NCBI RefSeq assembly: GCF_004010195.1
Contig: NC_057718.1
Span: forward strand, 10,134,044 to 10,198,043
DNA length: 64,000 bases
Direction: 5' to 3'
From: Chiloscyllium plagiosum
Taxonomy: Eukaryota
The position numbers and the translations under genes are program-made. Below, piece by piece: positions 24,501 to 39,500 of the stretch (the first letter of the stretch is position 1; the number at the start of each line of letters is the position of its first letter). A model generated the notes under the pieces. That model made no database searches and had not been told where the DNA came from. It worked only from the letters and a program-made list of their open reading frames with translations.

Positions 24501-27500
24501 ACTTTTACTTCTGTAATTTGATTATCATGGTGGCCAGTCACTGATCATATTCACAAGAGGCTGCCAATGTACTTTTAACAAAAGAACATATTACACAAAG
24601 AATAAGAAAAACAATATTAGGCAACTTTTAAAGATATCATAAATAACTGTATTCCCAACAATATCCTTTACAGATACTCAACCTCAGTGAATTATCAATC
24701 TAATCTTCACCCTTTAATATCTTACTAATCTGACAAGGTTGCAAGTGTTTGGTTTTGGTCAACTTTTACACACTCAACAGGAATAATTCTTTCAGTCTCT
24801 TCTGCAGAATCAGAAACACAGGCTAAATCACTGGCATCTTTCTTTGAACTCTGAGGGGAAAAACTCAGGGCTTTCTTCCAGCTACTTTGAGAATGCTTAT
24901 TAGCAGATCTGCTGGTTTATATCATTTCTTCTTAACTAAACCTGCCTCTGACCTTTGTTTCTGAGTTGTAAAAGTTCAACTTTGTACACAGTTCAAAGAT
25001 TACCTCACCAGGTAGCTTATCTAGTCATTTAGTTTAAGTCACTTAATTTCTTGGAAATGTTATTGTGACTCATTGCTTAAAAAATGAGATTCTGACCCTT
25101 TATTAACAAATAAACAAGTTACCATCTCAAAAGTGAAAACAAAAAAAAACATTTATAACCTAAATTTCTAACCAAAAATAACATAATCTAAACTTTTAAC
25201 CACAGGACAGACATGGAGCATTTGACCAACAGGTAACAAGTTCCATAGTTACAGGAAGTGATACCACACCACATGATCCTGCACTCACATGGAGACCACA
25301 TATGGCAAAGTGAAACAACTGTCAAATGTTCCTGAAATAAACGTGAATCTTCTCCTTACCTCAGCAGATTCAGCAGGGCCTGGGAGGGTCATTGAGACTG
25401 GCAACCCCACAACTTTTAAAAAGGACTTGGATGAGCCTTTGACACCCCCCAATATTCAAGGCTATGGGCCTAGTGCTGGAGAGTGGGATGAGTGTTGATT
25501 TAGTGCAGCTTTGTCGGTCCAGTCTTTATGGGTCAAAGGGCCTTCGATGTTCTGTATGATTCTATGATTGTTTAGCAGCACCACAGGAAAAAGGACCTGC
25601 ATCCTCACTCTGCCAAGATTGGACAGAGATAGCAAACCACTATTGACTAAAACAGCCAAGAGAACAGCTCAGGATGATGCATCAGGGACAATGAACCAGG
25701 GAGCTCCTTGTGGGCAGAGTCACACATGACTGACTGATTCTGAGACCTACAGGCCCTGGATTCACCCACATGTATTAACATATTGGACATGTCTTTCGGC
25801 TTTCCCATGGGAATTTCGTGAAAGGTACAGTAGACCTTAACTCGACCTGATTCCCAAGGCTCCCATATTACTTACTTGTCAGCCATTGTGGAGAGTGTGC
25901 AGACAGCCCTGGCCGCATTGTTCCCGTTCAGCACGCCTCCTCCTCGGAAGTCAAATGCCTTCCCCTTGCAGTTCTCCTTGATCAGTTCCTGAATGGTGAC
26001 CGCCTGAATGACGGGATTGCCGATGTTAGTGTCCAGCTCAGTGCTGGGGTTCCTGATGGAGCTCAATGCTATGTCCGCAGGTTGCAGGGAGCTGGAGGCT
26101 TGCTGTGCCTGTGTGATGGCGATGGGAGGCTGAGAGCCTCCGTCACTGAAGTGACTGTGCTCCAACGTACTGATGTACTCACACACTCTGCGGAGAGACA
26201 TGGAAACCCATTTACAGCCCGTTCCCCTGATACCGAACCACACTGTAAACCATACAGTCAGAGAGAAATACAGTACAGAAATAGACCCTTTCAACCAACT
26301 CATCCATGCTGACCAGATGTCCTAGTCTGATCTAGTCCCATTTGCCAGCATTTGGCCCATATCCTTCCAAACCCTTCCTATTCATATACCCATCCCGATG
26401 CCTTTTAAATGTTGTCATTGTACCAGCCTCCACCACTTCCTCTGGAAGCTCATTCCTGTGTGAAAAAGTTGCCCCTTAGGTCCCTTTTAAATCTTTCCCC
26501 TCTCACCCTAAATGTATGCCCTCTAGATCTCGACTCCCTCACCCTGGAGGTAAAAATAATGACTGCAGATGCTGGAAACCAGATTCTGGATTAGTGGTGC
26601 TGGAAGAGCACAGCAGTTCAGGCAGCATCCCAAGAGCAGTAAAATCGACGTTTCGGGCAAAAGCCCTTCATCAGGAATACAGGCAGAGAGCCTGAAGGGT
26701 GGAGAGATAAGTGGACCCTGGAGCCTATCCATGCTCCTCATGATTTTATAAACCTCTATAAGGTCACCCCTCAGCCTCCGATGCTCCAGGGAAAACAGCC
26801 CTAGCTTATTCAACCTCTCCTTATAGCTCAAACCCTCCAATCCTGGCAACATCCTTGTAAAGATTTTCTGAACCCTTTCAAGTTTCACAACATCCAACCA
26901 CTTGTTATTTCACAAGCTTTTGTGAAATTGGATATTGATAATTCATTTCTTTAAAGAAATTCTCTAACATACAGGGGTGTGGTGGTAAGTGACAATGTCA
27001 CCTGGCTAGCGATCCAGAACCCCAGGCCAATATTCTTGGGGATAGTAAATTTAAATCCCACAAATAATCATGATGAAATTTGATTTCAGTAAAATCTGGG
27101 AATAAAGAGCTGGCCTTAATGGCAATCATGTAATCATTGTCAATTGTCGTAAAAACCTTATCCGGTTCCCTAATGCCCTTTAGTGAAGGATGTCTGCCAT
27201 CCTTATATGGTTTGGCCTACATGTGACTCCAGACCACAGCAATGGACTTGACACTTAACTGTCCTCTGACCAGTTAAGGAGGGGCAATAAATGCTGGCTC
27301 AGACACTGATTCGCATAACCTGAATAAATAAAAAAAATTATTGCCCATTCTTAATTGTCCTTTAACTACAACGCTAGATAGTCCACTTCAGAAGGTGTTA
27401 AAAAGTCAAACACATTGCTGTAGATCTGCAGTTACAAATACTGACAAAATGTACAGGTCCATGCCACCATTACTGAGGTTGGTTTTCTATTCAAAATTTA

Positions 27501-30500
27501 TTCAGTTCTGCTGGGGCTTGATTCCCAAAGTCTAGATTAGAGTGGTGCTGGAAAAGTTCAGGCAGCATCCGAGGAGCAGGAAAATCGATGTTTCAGGCAA
27601 AAGCCCTTCGTGAGCCATTTATCTCTCCACCCTGCAGGCACTCTGCCTCTATTCCTGATGAAGGGCTTTTGCCCGAAACATCGATTTCTCTGCTCCTCGG
27701 ATGCTGCCTGAACTGCTGTGCTTTTCCAGCACCATTCTAATCTAGAATCTGGTTTCCAGCATCTGCAGTCCTTGTTTTTACCTGTTTTTACCTAGTTGAT
27801 TCCCAAAGTACCTGGGCCTCAAGGTTCCTGCTGGAGTGATGTTACCACCAGGTCAGTGTCATCTCCTTTACAGGCCTGGGTTTTCCTGCAAAGTGGTTTC
27901 ACTTGCCATTATGAATTTAAAGTCAGCATTGTCTTACCAAACCATAAGGCTGCTCTCTCATCAGAGAGAGGGACAACTGGTGGCGGTTTAACCTGTGGGT
28001 CACCACGCCACAGGGGAGTGAAGGGGTTGAGAAGGAGATGGCAACCTTAGCCACTCTAGGATTTGAACCCATGCCTTTGGCACCACTCACCAGCCAATTC
28101 AGCTAATCTGACTCCATGGCACCACATGCACAAGAGTGTAAGTAAGTTAATTTTTAGAGTCAGTCCAATGATTTGAACACAGCAAGGATGCAGCTACACA
28201 ATGCCAGAGAAGCCAGTGATCTGAAAGGTGCCCTAACATCTGGGGGAAGAGCCCAACTGAAGACCCCTGCTCTACCTTGTGGGACTTCAGCACATTATGT
28301 TCTGGGGTCTTGGCTTGGGGAATAGAATTCCCAGTTGGGTCAGTAGGCCATGGTACTTTACATGGTAGGCTGCTCCTCAAAGTCTAGTCCCATCTAGCTG
28401 CTGCTTTCTGTTCCAGCTTCTCTTTCCCACTATAGTTTCATTCTTTACTCCTGCGCTCTGGGCCCTGACCCTTCAGCAAGTCTTCCCATGCCTTGCGAAG
28501 ATTTCTGCTCCACTCAGGGGGAAACGTGGCTGAGCGCCATCTGGGATCACATGGTGGACCATACCTGAAGACATGTTGCCAGCAGTCTGCATTGTGACTG
28601 CCCATCTCCAGCCCCACACTGAGGATGGCGTCCATGCAGAGAACGTGGGCCGTGTGAAGCTGAATACCCTGCGGCCGCCCAATCTGCTCCAGCTTCTGCT
28701 CCACTTTCTGTTTCACTGTTGGGGATACAACAGAAAATCAGCCTCCACGGCATCAGTAAATGACCCTCTCTCACTCTGAGCTCATGGCAGCACCATGGGA
28801 AGCCCAGACAGATAAATATAGGAACATAGAAACATAGAAAAAAGCAATGATAGGCCATTCAGCCCATCAAGCCTGCTCCACCATCCCATATGATCAAACT
28901 GATCATCCTACTCAGTCTCCTGTTCCCGCTTTCTCCCCATACCCTTTGATCCCTTTAGCCCTAAAAATCCACATCCAACTCCTTCTTGAAAACATTCAAT
29001 GTTTTGGGCTTAACTGTTTCCTGTGGCAGAGAATTCAACAGCTCACCACTCTCTGGGTGAAGACATTTCTCCTCATCTCAGTCCCCAGTGGCCTAACCCG
29101 TGCCCTTAGACGGTGACCCCTGGTACTGAACTTCCCAGTCATCAGGAACATCCTCCCTGGGTTTACCCCATCTAGACCTAGTAGAATTTTCTAGGCTTCT
29201 AGGAAATTAACCCCTCATTCTCCTAAACACCAGTGAATATAGTCCTAACCGACCCAGGCTCACTTCATATGTCAGCCCTGCCATCCCAGGAATCAGTCTG
29301 GTAAACCTTTGTTGCACTCCCTCCATCACCATCTCCTTCCTCAGGTAAGAAGACCAAACCTGCACATGGTCACACGAAGAAACGATATTCCTGCCGTGCG
29401 TGGGTCCTCAGTACCTTGTGCAATGGGGTCAGTGGTCTCAGGGACTTCTTTGTCCTCCTTCTCATCCTGGACACATGATGCTGCTGACATCTGTGCAAGG
29501 GCTGAGGCACAATTGGCTGCAACACCTGCAAAAGAAAACTTAAATTTCAATGAGTGAGCACAGGTATATACGAGTGTCTGTGTGTGTGTGCACACGCGTG
29601 CGTACGTGTGTGTCTAGAATTCTGAACAATCTCTATCCTCATTTTTCTAAGAAGAATTTCTCTTTACCAGAGTGTGATCCCACTGTTCCCAGTCTCCATA
29701 GAGGCTTCACATGTGATTTTTGACAGGTAATCTCTTGACACCCTGCCTGAGTTGCGCATCTCAAGTCACCCCATTGTTAGCCTTCCGCAAACTAACCCCA
29801 TTGTTTCACATTCCTCAAACTGACCTCAGATCGTTTAACCTTCCTCACATTGACCCCTATTGTTCAGTCTTCCTCACACTGAACCCTATTAGTCATTCCT
29901 GAAACTGACTGCTTTGTTTAATGTTCCTCACATTAACCCCTTTGTTTAACGTTCCTCACACTGACCCCTTTGTTTAATGTTCCTCACACTGACCCCCTAT
30001 TGTTTAATCTTCCTCACACTGACCGCTTTGTTTAACCTTCCTCACATTGACCCCTTTGTTTAATGTTCCTCACACTGACGCCTACTGTATAACCATCCTC
30101 ACACTGTGGAACATCTCTGGGATACCCGCACCAATCAACCACACCGCCCTGTGTCCCAACATTTCAACTCCCCCTCCCACCATGCTGAGGACATGGAGGT
30201 CCTGGGCCTCCTTCACCGCCGCTCCCTCACCACCAGACGCCTGGAGGAAGAACGCCTGGAGGAAGAACGCCTCATCTTCTGCCTCGGAACACTTCAACCC
30301 CAGGGCATCAATGTGGACTTCAACAGTTTCCTCATTTCCCCTTCCCCCACCTCACCCTAGTTCCAAACTTCCAGCTCANNNNNNNNNNNNNNNNNNNNNN
30401 NNNNNNNNNNNNNNNNNNNNNNNNNNNNNNNNNNNNNNNNNNNNNNNNNNNNNNNNNNNNNNNNNNNNNNNNNNNNNNNNNNNNNNNNNNNNNNNNNNNN

Positions 30501-33500
30501 NNNNNNNNNNNNNNNNNNNNNNNNNNNNNNNNNNNNNNNNNNNNNNNNNNNNNNNNNNNNNNNNNNNNNNNNNNNNNNNNNNNNNNNNNNNNNNNNNNNN
30601 NNNNNNNNNNNNNNNNNNNNNNNNNNNNNNNNNNNNNNNNNNNNNNNNNNNNNNNNNNNNNNNNNNNNNNNNNNNNNNNNNNNNNNNNNNNNNNNNNNNN
30701 NNNNNNNNNNNNNNNNNNNNNNNNNNNNNNNNNNNNNNNNNNNNNNNNNNNNNNNNNNNNNNNNNNNNNNNNNNNNNNNNNNNNNNNNNNNNNNNNNNNN
30801 NNNNNAGCCAGAGAGTGGTGGGCCTGTGGAATTCATTGCCACAGAGTGCAGTGGAGGCTGGGACGCTAAATGTCTTGAAGGCAGAAATTGATAAATTCTT
30901 GTTGTTACAAGGAATTAAGGGCTACAGGGAGAATGCGGGTAAGTGGAGTTGAAATGCCCATCAGCCATGATTGAATGGCGGAGTGGACTCGATGAGCCAA
31001 ATGGCCTTACTTCCGCTCCTATGTCTTATGGTCTTATGGTTTAATGTTCCTCACACTGACCCCTATTGTTTAACATTTCTAACACTGACCCCTATTGTAT
31101 AACCTTCCTCACACTGACCCCTATTGTATAACCTTCCTCACACTGACCCCCTATCGTTTAACGTTCCTCACACTGACCCCTATTGTTTAACCTTAACGTT
31201 CCTCACACTGACCCCTATTGTTTAACCTTCCTCACACTCACCCCCTATTGTTTAACGTTCCTCACACTGACCCCTATTGTTTAACCTTCCTCACACTGAC
31301 CCCTTTGTTTAACGTTTCTCACACTGACCCCCTATTGTTTAACGTTCCTCACACTGACCCCCTACTGTTTAACATTCCTCACACTGACCCCTATTGTTTA
31401 ATCTTCCTCACACTCACCCCCTATCGTTTAATGTTCCTCACACTGACCGCTATTGTTTAATGTTTCTCACACTGACCCCCTATTGTTTAATGTTCCTCAC
31501 ACTGACCCCTATTGTTTAACCTTCCTCACACTGACTCCTTTGTTTAACGTTCCTCACACTGATCCCTATTGTTTAATGTTCCTCACACTGACCCCTACTG
31601 TTTAACCTTCCTCACACTGACCCCTTTGTTTAACATTTCTCACACTGACCCCTATCGTTTAACTGTCCTCACACTGACCCCCTGTTGTTTAATGTTCCTC
31701 ACACTGACGCCTACTGTATAACCATCCTCACACTGTGGAACATCTCTGGGATACCCGCACCAATCAACCACACCGCCCTGTGTCCCAACATTTCAACTCC
31801 CCCTCCCACCATGCTGAGGACATGGAGGTCCTGGGCCTCCTTCACCGCCGCTCCCTCACCACCAGATGCCTGGAGGAAGAACGCCTCATCTTCTGCCTCG
31901 GAACACTTCAACCCCAGGGCATCAATGTGGACTTCAACAGTTTCCTCATTTCCCCTTCCCCCACCTCACCCTAGTTCCAAACTTCCAGCTCAGCACTGTC
32001 CCCATGACTTGTCCGGACTTGTCCTACCTGCCTATCTCCTTTTCCACCTATCCACTCCACCCTCTCCTCCCTGACCTATCACCTTCATCCCCTCCCCCAC
32101 TCACCCATTGTACTCTATGCTACTTTCTCCCCACCCCCACCCTCCTCTCACTTATCTCTCCACCCTTCAGTCTCTCTGCCTCTATTCCTCAAGAAGGGCT
32201 TTTGCCCGAAACATCGATTTTACTGCTCATCGGATGCTGCCTGAACTGCTGTGCTTTTCCAGCACCACTCTAATCTAGATCTTGGATGAGACCTTGAAGT
32301 GACATAACATTCAAGGCTATGGACCTAATGTAGAAAAGTGGGACTACTGTAGGTAGCAGTAAGTCTTTGGTGACACAGACTTGATGGGTTAAAACATCTT
32401 TTATGTACTGCATGATTCTATCATCCTATGAATAATGGCAGCCATAATTCCCACAATCCTCTGCACATTAGAGTTTGCTCTATCACCTTCAGGTCTTTTG
32501 TGTTCAGAGGGTTCTTGTCCATTTGCTGTGCAGCCGAGATTTGATATGAGTTGCTCCGAAACTGAAGCAATCCCAGTTCCAGTAGGAGGCTCCTGGGAAG
32601 CGACTCAGAACAGAAATCTGAAGATAAGCAGCACATCAGGGATGATGAAGGGCTTATGACCGAAATGTCAGCTCTCCTGGTCTTTGGATACTGCTTGACC
32701 CGCTGTGCTTTTTCCAGCGCCACATTCTTCGACTCTGACTCTCCAGCATCTGCAGTCCTCTCTTTCTCCAAGATAAACAGCAACAGTTGAAGTGCCACTC
32801 TCTCTGAGAACAGTGAACCCACTGTCTCCTGGGGAATTCAACCTAAAATTGAGTGGCTCAGTCAATCATTGGTGAAACCACCAATCCATTTAGTGAAGCT
32901 CACGTCGGGCTTTTTTTACTGACATAAGAACGAATTGCGACAATGGGACCACATGAATCACGTTGGCCCATTTTGACGTGGTAAGTTTCAAAATAGTTCA
33001 CTTGTTGGAGTCACTCACTGTGAACCAGTCTGACAGGAAAAATGGTCGCAGATGTGGGAACTTAGAATTTAGACCAGATGCAGAAGGTTGAAATACATAA
33101 GATCCTGAGGAGACTTGACAGGGTGGATGCTGAAAGGTGTTTCCTCTTTGGGAGCGACTGGAATTAGGAGACACACCATAAAAAACAGAAGTCTCCTATT
33201 TAAGAACAGGATGAGGAGGAATTTTTCTCTCTGGGGGGTTGTAAGTCTATTGAATTCTCCATCCCCAGGCACTGGTGAAGGTAGAGTCATTGGATATTTT
33301 TAAGGGTGAGGTGCATAGATCTTTGACTGCCAAGGGAGATTAATTCAAATGGATGCACCAACATACGAAATAGGAGTTAAAGGTTAATGGAGGTTGGCAG
33401 GAATGTACCACAGTCATGATCTCATGGAATGGCAGAGCAGACTGGAGAGGCTGAATGGCCTACTCCTGTTCCTCATTCACATTTCCACATGTTGCTTCTC

Positions 33501-36500
33501 TTTCCTTCTCCCAACTTTGGAAAGGAAAGTAGTTCAGAGCTGCCACAAAGCGAGGTAAAGAAGGATGACAGCCAAAGAGAATTTTTTTTTCTGAGTTTCG
33601 TGACAAGGTTTTGGTACAGTTTGATCTTCCTGACTCAATGGAATGAATCCTGTGCCTTCTAATCGAGGCGCATGTCTGACAGAAATTAATAGGTGGCACA
33701 TGACATCAGATAAACTATAAAGTGACCTTGAGGCAGGCTGACAGACCTGAGGGGAGCTTCCAGCCTGAGTACCTTGGTAACCTTTCAGTTGGGCTCCATC
33801 AAGTGATTGACATGGGATAGGTGCCTAGGATTAAGATCTGTAAACAGCTCCTCAAGAGGGCATTGTGCACTTTCATCGAATAGAGCGGAATCAGAGAACA
33901 ACCTAACACGGTGTTAAGAAAAAGAAGGGGCTCCTGCCAACAGACATTGAGTCCAAAGACATATCTATCCATCCTCCGAGGCCAGGGAGTTATATCTGTT
34001 ATGGGGTTTGTGTATCTTTTACATTCATTTAGTTAATGCACAATATTTAAACTGTTGCTTCTTAACAAACAACTTTGAAATCATTTATGAGTTTTATCCC
34101 CTTGACTCTCAAACTCAAATCTAACAGCAGTACTGGGCAAGTGCTGGACTCTAGGTGATGCAGTCTTCAGATGAAATGTAAATTAAGCCATATCTCAATG
34201 TAGAAGATCGCACAGCATTACTTTTAGAAAAAGCAGGGGAGATGATTCAATCTCTTATTTCACTGTAGTTTATGGGAGCTTGCTGTGTGCAAATTGTCTG
34301 CCACTTTCCTACAATATCACAGTGATTATATTTCTATAGGGCCTGAAAAGCCCTTTTGAGGCATCCGGTGCTCAGAAAAGGCACCATACAAATGTAAATC
34401 TATCTTTAATTACAATGGTTATCCAAATACATTCCTAAAACTTCTGCAAATGCAGACATCTGTGTGCAGGAGTTTCACTCCCTGCCATGCTGATTTTTCA
34501 GTCTTGCTACATTACATCACTGTCCAGCATTGGAAATGCCAAGTGATGAGGCCAAAGTGCCCCTCGAATTTTAGATCGTGACCACCAGGTGGCAGTGTGG
34601 CCTCACTTCTTCCTATTCGTTTATGGTATGTGCGCGGTGTGGGCTGGACTAGGATTTGTTGCTCATCCCTAATTGCCCAGCAGAGTAGATCAGATTGGAA
34701 CAGTCAACCCCACTGCTGTGGCTCTGGAACCAAATGTAGGCCAGACCAGGTTAAGGGTGACAGATTTTCTTCCTGTAATGACATTTCGGCGTCATTCAGT
34801 GTAACAACACATCAGCTTTTAGAAGCTGTTGCCACACATCACCTTTGGAGTTCCATGCAAGAAAAAGAGAGGAACACTGTTACCTGGTTGCCATTAGGTT
34901 AGCTCTAACTATGGATCTATTTCATTAACTCAAATTTCACCATTTGCAATTCAAACATCAGACTGAGGTTCCAAATTACAAGTCAAATGATATTACCATG
35001 ACACAAACACTGCCTCCCCATTGACACCATGATATGAGCAATGACACGTGGTATCTGCTTGTTACATGATATCCCTCCATCTCCAGAGCAGTTTGCTTTC
35101 TATGTTTGACTCTTAACATCTCTTGGCCTGTTACAGCTGCTCTTTTCCTCACTCTCTCACTCACTGCTCCTTTCGTAAAGGATTAGTTCTCTGTGATTTA
35201 TGTTTAAGCTTTAAATAAAGGGAAATATTAATTGAAAGGAGGACAAATTCCTGGTTTACCAAGCAGGGAGTATTTCTCCATCAGTGACTGAAATCTCCGA
35301 CCAACTTGACATTGCTGAAATCACTTCACTGCTCATAGCAAAAATATGAGAGTTCCCTTCCACATTGTTATAGTGGCACAATTGTAATATCATTGGACTG
35401 GCAATCCAGAACCCCAGGCTACTGTTCTGAGGCTTCAATTCAAATACCAAATAGCAGAGCATCAAATTTTAATTTAAAACAAGTCTAATGGTAATGATTT
35501 CCATTAAACAGTTATTTAATTCTCTCCTTAGGGGAGGCGGTGGCAAAGTTGGAATGTTACTGGACTAGAACTGCAGGCCAATTGCCCTGGGTACATGGGT
35601 TCAAATCCCACCAGGTCGATGGTGCAATCTGAGTCCAATAGAAACTTGGAATGAAAAGCCCACCCTACTAGTGACTATGTAACCATTGCTAATTCTTGAA
35701 AATCCCATCTGATTGACCAATGCCCTTTAGGGAAAGAAATCTGCCCTCCTTACCAGGTCTGTCTACATGTAACCACAGTAAAGTGGTTAACTCTTAGCTG
35801 CCCTTGAAATGATCTAGAGCAATGATCAGTTCAAGGGCAATTAGGGATGGACAACCAATGCTAGCCTTGCCAATGCCAGCTAAATCCCACTTAAGAATAA
35901 ACACAAACACTTGCTCTCTCCACCCTCTCTGTTTACTCTCTTTTTCACTGTATGCCATCTACCTTGCTCCATCCCTCATCCCTCCCACCCATAATGCACC
36001 CATCCCATCCTCCTCATTGTCCCAATAAACACAAGACAGCCCACATTTTCCTTTACGAGACCAACATTTGTTGTCCAACGCAGTAAAACATAAAAACATG
36101 GAAGATAGGAGCAGGAGTAGGCCATTTGACCCCTCACGCCTGCTCTGCTTTTTAATATGATCACAGCTGATCATCAAGCTCAATACCCTAATAAGCAATA
36201 GTACTGCAGATGCTGGAGATTGGAGAGCCAAGGGTGTGGTGCTAGAAAAGTACAGCAGGACAGGCAGCATCCAAGGAACAGGAAAATTGACGTTTCAGGC
36301 ATAAGCCCTTCATCAGGAATGAGGCCTTGATACCCTAATCCTTCCTCCATATCTCTTTAGCCACAAGAGCTTTATCTACGTCCTTCCTGAAAATGTAATG
36401 TTTTGGAGTCAACATCTTTCTGTGGTGGAGAATTCCACAGGCTCCTCACTGCCCAGGTGAAGATATTTCTCCTTATCTCAGTCCTAAAAGGTTTACCCCT

Positions 36501-39500
36501 GATCCTTAAACTGTGACCCCTCCACCATTGCGAACATCTAACCTGTCTAGTCCTGCTAAAAGACTTTTATAAACTTCTGTGAGATTTCCCCCCTCATTCT
36601 TCTAAACTCCAGTGATAAAGCTCACCACAGAATCAGCTATCAAATGGAAATTTGAACCACACGCAACATTTTAAATTTTTTTTTCATGGGATTTGGCAAG
36701 AGCACCATTTATTGTCCATGCCTAATTGTCTTGGAGTGAGTGGCTGGCATTCTAGAGTCAGTCACATTGCTGTTGGTTTGGAGTCACATGTAGACCAGAC
36801 CAGGAAAGGACAGCACATTTCCTTCCCGAAGGGTGTTGACGTTTCTTTCAACAAAATGACGATGGTCACCATTTCTGAGACTTTCTCGATATTCCAGATT
36901 TATTAATTCTAGCTGAATTTAAACTGCTTAAGATGGAACGGGGACTCGAACCCACGCAGCAGAGATTAACCTTGGGCCTCGGTTAGCCCAGTGTTGTTTC
37001 CCTCACACTTCCAAGCACCCAAAGTTAGATCTAGGGGCCACGAATATATGGCAGGTATTCATAAAATCAATCAGAAGGGAAACTCAGGAGAAACTGCTCA
37101 GCCCAGAGAGTGATGAGAATGTAGAATCCTGGACATAAGGAATGGCTGAGGTGATTAATCTCAACAGGGGAAGCCAAATGCACAAAGAAGAAAAGGAAGC
37201 AAACTTTGAAGGGATTTGCTGGAGTTGGAGAGGGGTGTAATGTGGCTCCTGTGGAGGATCAACACTGGTATGGACCAGTTGGGCCGAATGGCCTCTTCTT
37301 TACATAAAAACACAGACAAAACAGCCACAGAAGCACAGATGAATTATGGCGCGGGAGGCTATTTGGCCCATTGTGCCTACCCTCACACTGCAAAAATGTC
37401 TGAGGCATTCAAGCTGCTTCAGTGATCATGGATGGTCATCAAGATCAATATCCTAGTCCTGCCCTCCTCCCATATCCCTTTAGCCACAAGAACTGGATGT
37501 GGCAAGTATTTTCATCAATAAATATAACAGTGCGCACTCGATTCAGATATACTGACGACATCTAGTGGAAGATCAGCAAGATTGCATCAAGTCACACTTC
37601 GAGTCATAGAAATGTATGGCACAGAAACAGAACCTTCGGTTCAATTCGTCCATACCGACCAGATATCCTATTTAAATCTAGTCCCATATGCCAGCATTTG
37701 GCCCAAATCCCTCCAAACTCTTCCTATTCATATACTTATCCAAATGTCTTTTAAATGTTGTAATTGTACCCACATCCATCACTTCCTCAGGAAGTTCATT
37801 CCACACGCGAACCACCCTCATGTCTTTTATAAGTCTCTCTCCTCTCACCTTAAAAATGTGCCCCTAATCTTGAAATCCCCCATCCTAGGGAAAAGACAAC
37901 TAACATTAACCCTATCTCTATCCCTCATTATTTTACGAACTTTTGTAAGGTCGCTTCTCAACCTCCTACACTCAAGTGAAAAATGTCCCATCCTACGGTA
38001 GGTTTGTAATGTGATGTGAAAGTAATACTTACAGTGCAGTTCAATTCCTGTATTAGCTGAGGTCACCCCTCACCTGGGGTGTGGTGACCCTCAGGTGTAA
38101 TCACCACCAGACGTCTCTCTCTATCAAGAGAGCAGCCCTCCGGGACTATGTGACTCTCTCTTTATGGACAGGTTACGCGAATGGGCAACAACTTAACAGA
38201 TGGAATATAGTATGGGAAAAGATGAGGTTGTGTACTTTAGCAGGAAGAACAGTGCAGCTGAATATTATTTGAATAGAGAAAGACTGCAGAAAGCTACAGT
38301 GCTGAGTGATTTTTGGGGCGCTTGTGCATAAAATCACAAAAAGCTAGCATACAAGTTCAGCAGGTAAAAGGGAAGACAAATGAAATGTTGACCTTTCTTT
38401 CAAAGGGTAAAAATATGGAGGACTTGCTAAAATTATATAGACATTAGTAATGGTACTTTAGGTCGTATCATGAAGTATATGGATTGGCTGCAGGAGTGAC
38501 CAATCAGCCCTGCCAGAGAACAAGGAAATCCCAATTAGTAATGGAGTACTGTGAACAATTTCCTCAGGAAAGATATACTGGCATTGGAGGCAGTCCAGAG
38601 AAGGTTGACTAGGTATGAACTGACTTTGTGTAGATTGGGCCAGATACTCATTGGAGTTTAGAAAATTAAGAGATGGGATTATTGAAATATATAAGATTCT
38701 TCAGGGGCTTGCCACAGTAGATGCAGAAAGGTTCTTTCCTCTTGTGAGAGAGTCAGAGTAAGAAGGAATTTATTCGAGACAGAGATTAAGATGAATACTT
38801 TCTCCCAGAGAGAACTGATAATATGAAATTCTTTGCCTCAGACATTGACGATACTGGACCATTAAGTACATTCGAGGCTAATTCATCAAAGAGGGAATCA
38901 AACATTATGGGAGAAGGGCAGGAACCTGGAACTGAGGATTATCAGAAGTACTATGATCTTATTGAATGGCGTAGGATACCTGAGGGACTGAATGGCCTAC
39001 TTCTAATGCTATCCTATGGTGTTATGGAGGGGGTTGAAATCCAATGCAAATCTTTGGAACTGCTGAGAATGACATTGGCACTGGTTGCTGGCCATGGTCC
39101 TGAACTCAGCCGGAAATGGCTGGCCCGGGTTTCTCTGCCAGTGGTGACTGATGTTTAAATGAGAAAACAGCAATTATGAAAAAAGACTCAATGACTGTTC
39201 CCACCAAACTCCACTTCTAAGACAAGACACCTGTAAAACAAGGGATGCTTTGGCCAGACTTCTGGAGTCAACTCTGTTATAAACCCCCCACTTTTAAGAA
39301 GGTAGCTTAGCCACTAACATTTTCTTATTTTGAAGGTAAATGGAAAGTGCTGTGTTCCCGATGAAGTTTGACTGGTCAAACTACTCAGCATTATGCAAAA
39401 CACAACTTATTTAAACATCATAGTTAAAAACAACAAAAGTAAGAACTCAGAATAATAACTCTGTTGGAAAACTTAACAGAATAGTAGCTACAGTAACTAT

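Noticed and set aside
24429..25238. Solo LTR (TGTTAT...GTAACA); similar candidates at ~33700-34126 and ~40596-40881
   Set aside because: No convincing TSD and no second copy in the window, so not supportable by eye.
30047..30952. 301-aa and 161-aa ORFs
   Set aside because: Artefacts of translating through the N gap.
31041..31735. CRISPR-like array of ~29 bp repeats
   Set aside because: Units are directly tandem with no unique spacers, the context is eukaryotic and there are no cas genes; it is a minisatellite.
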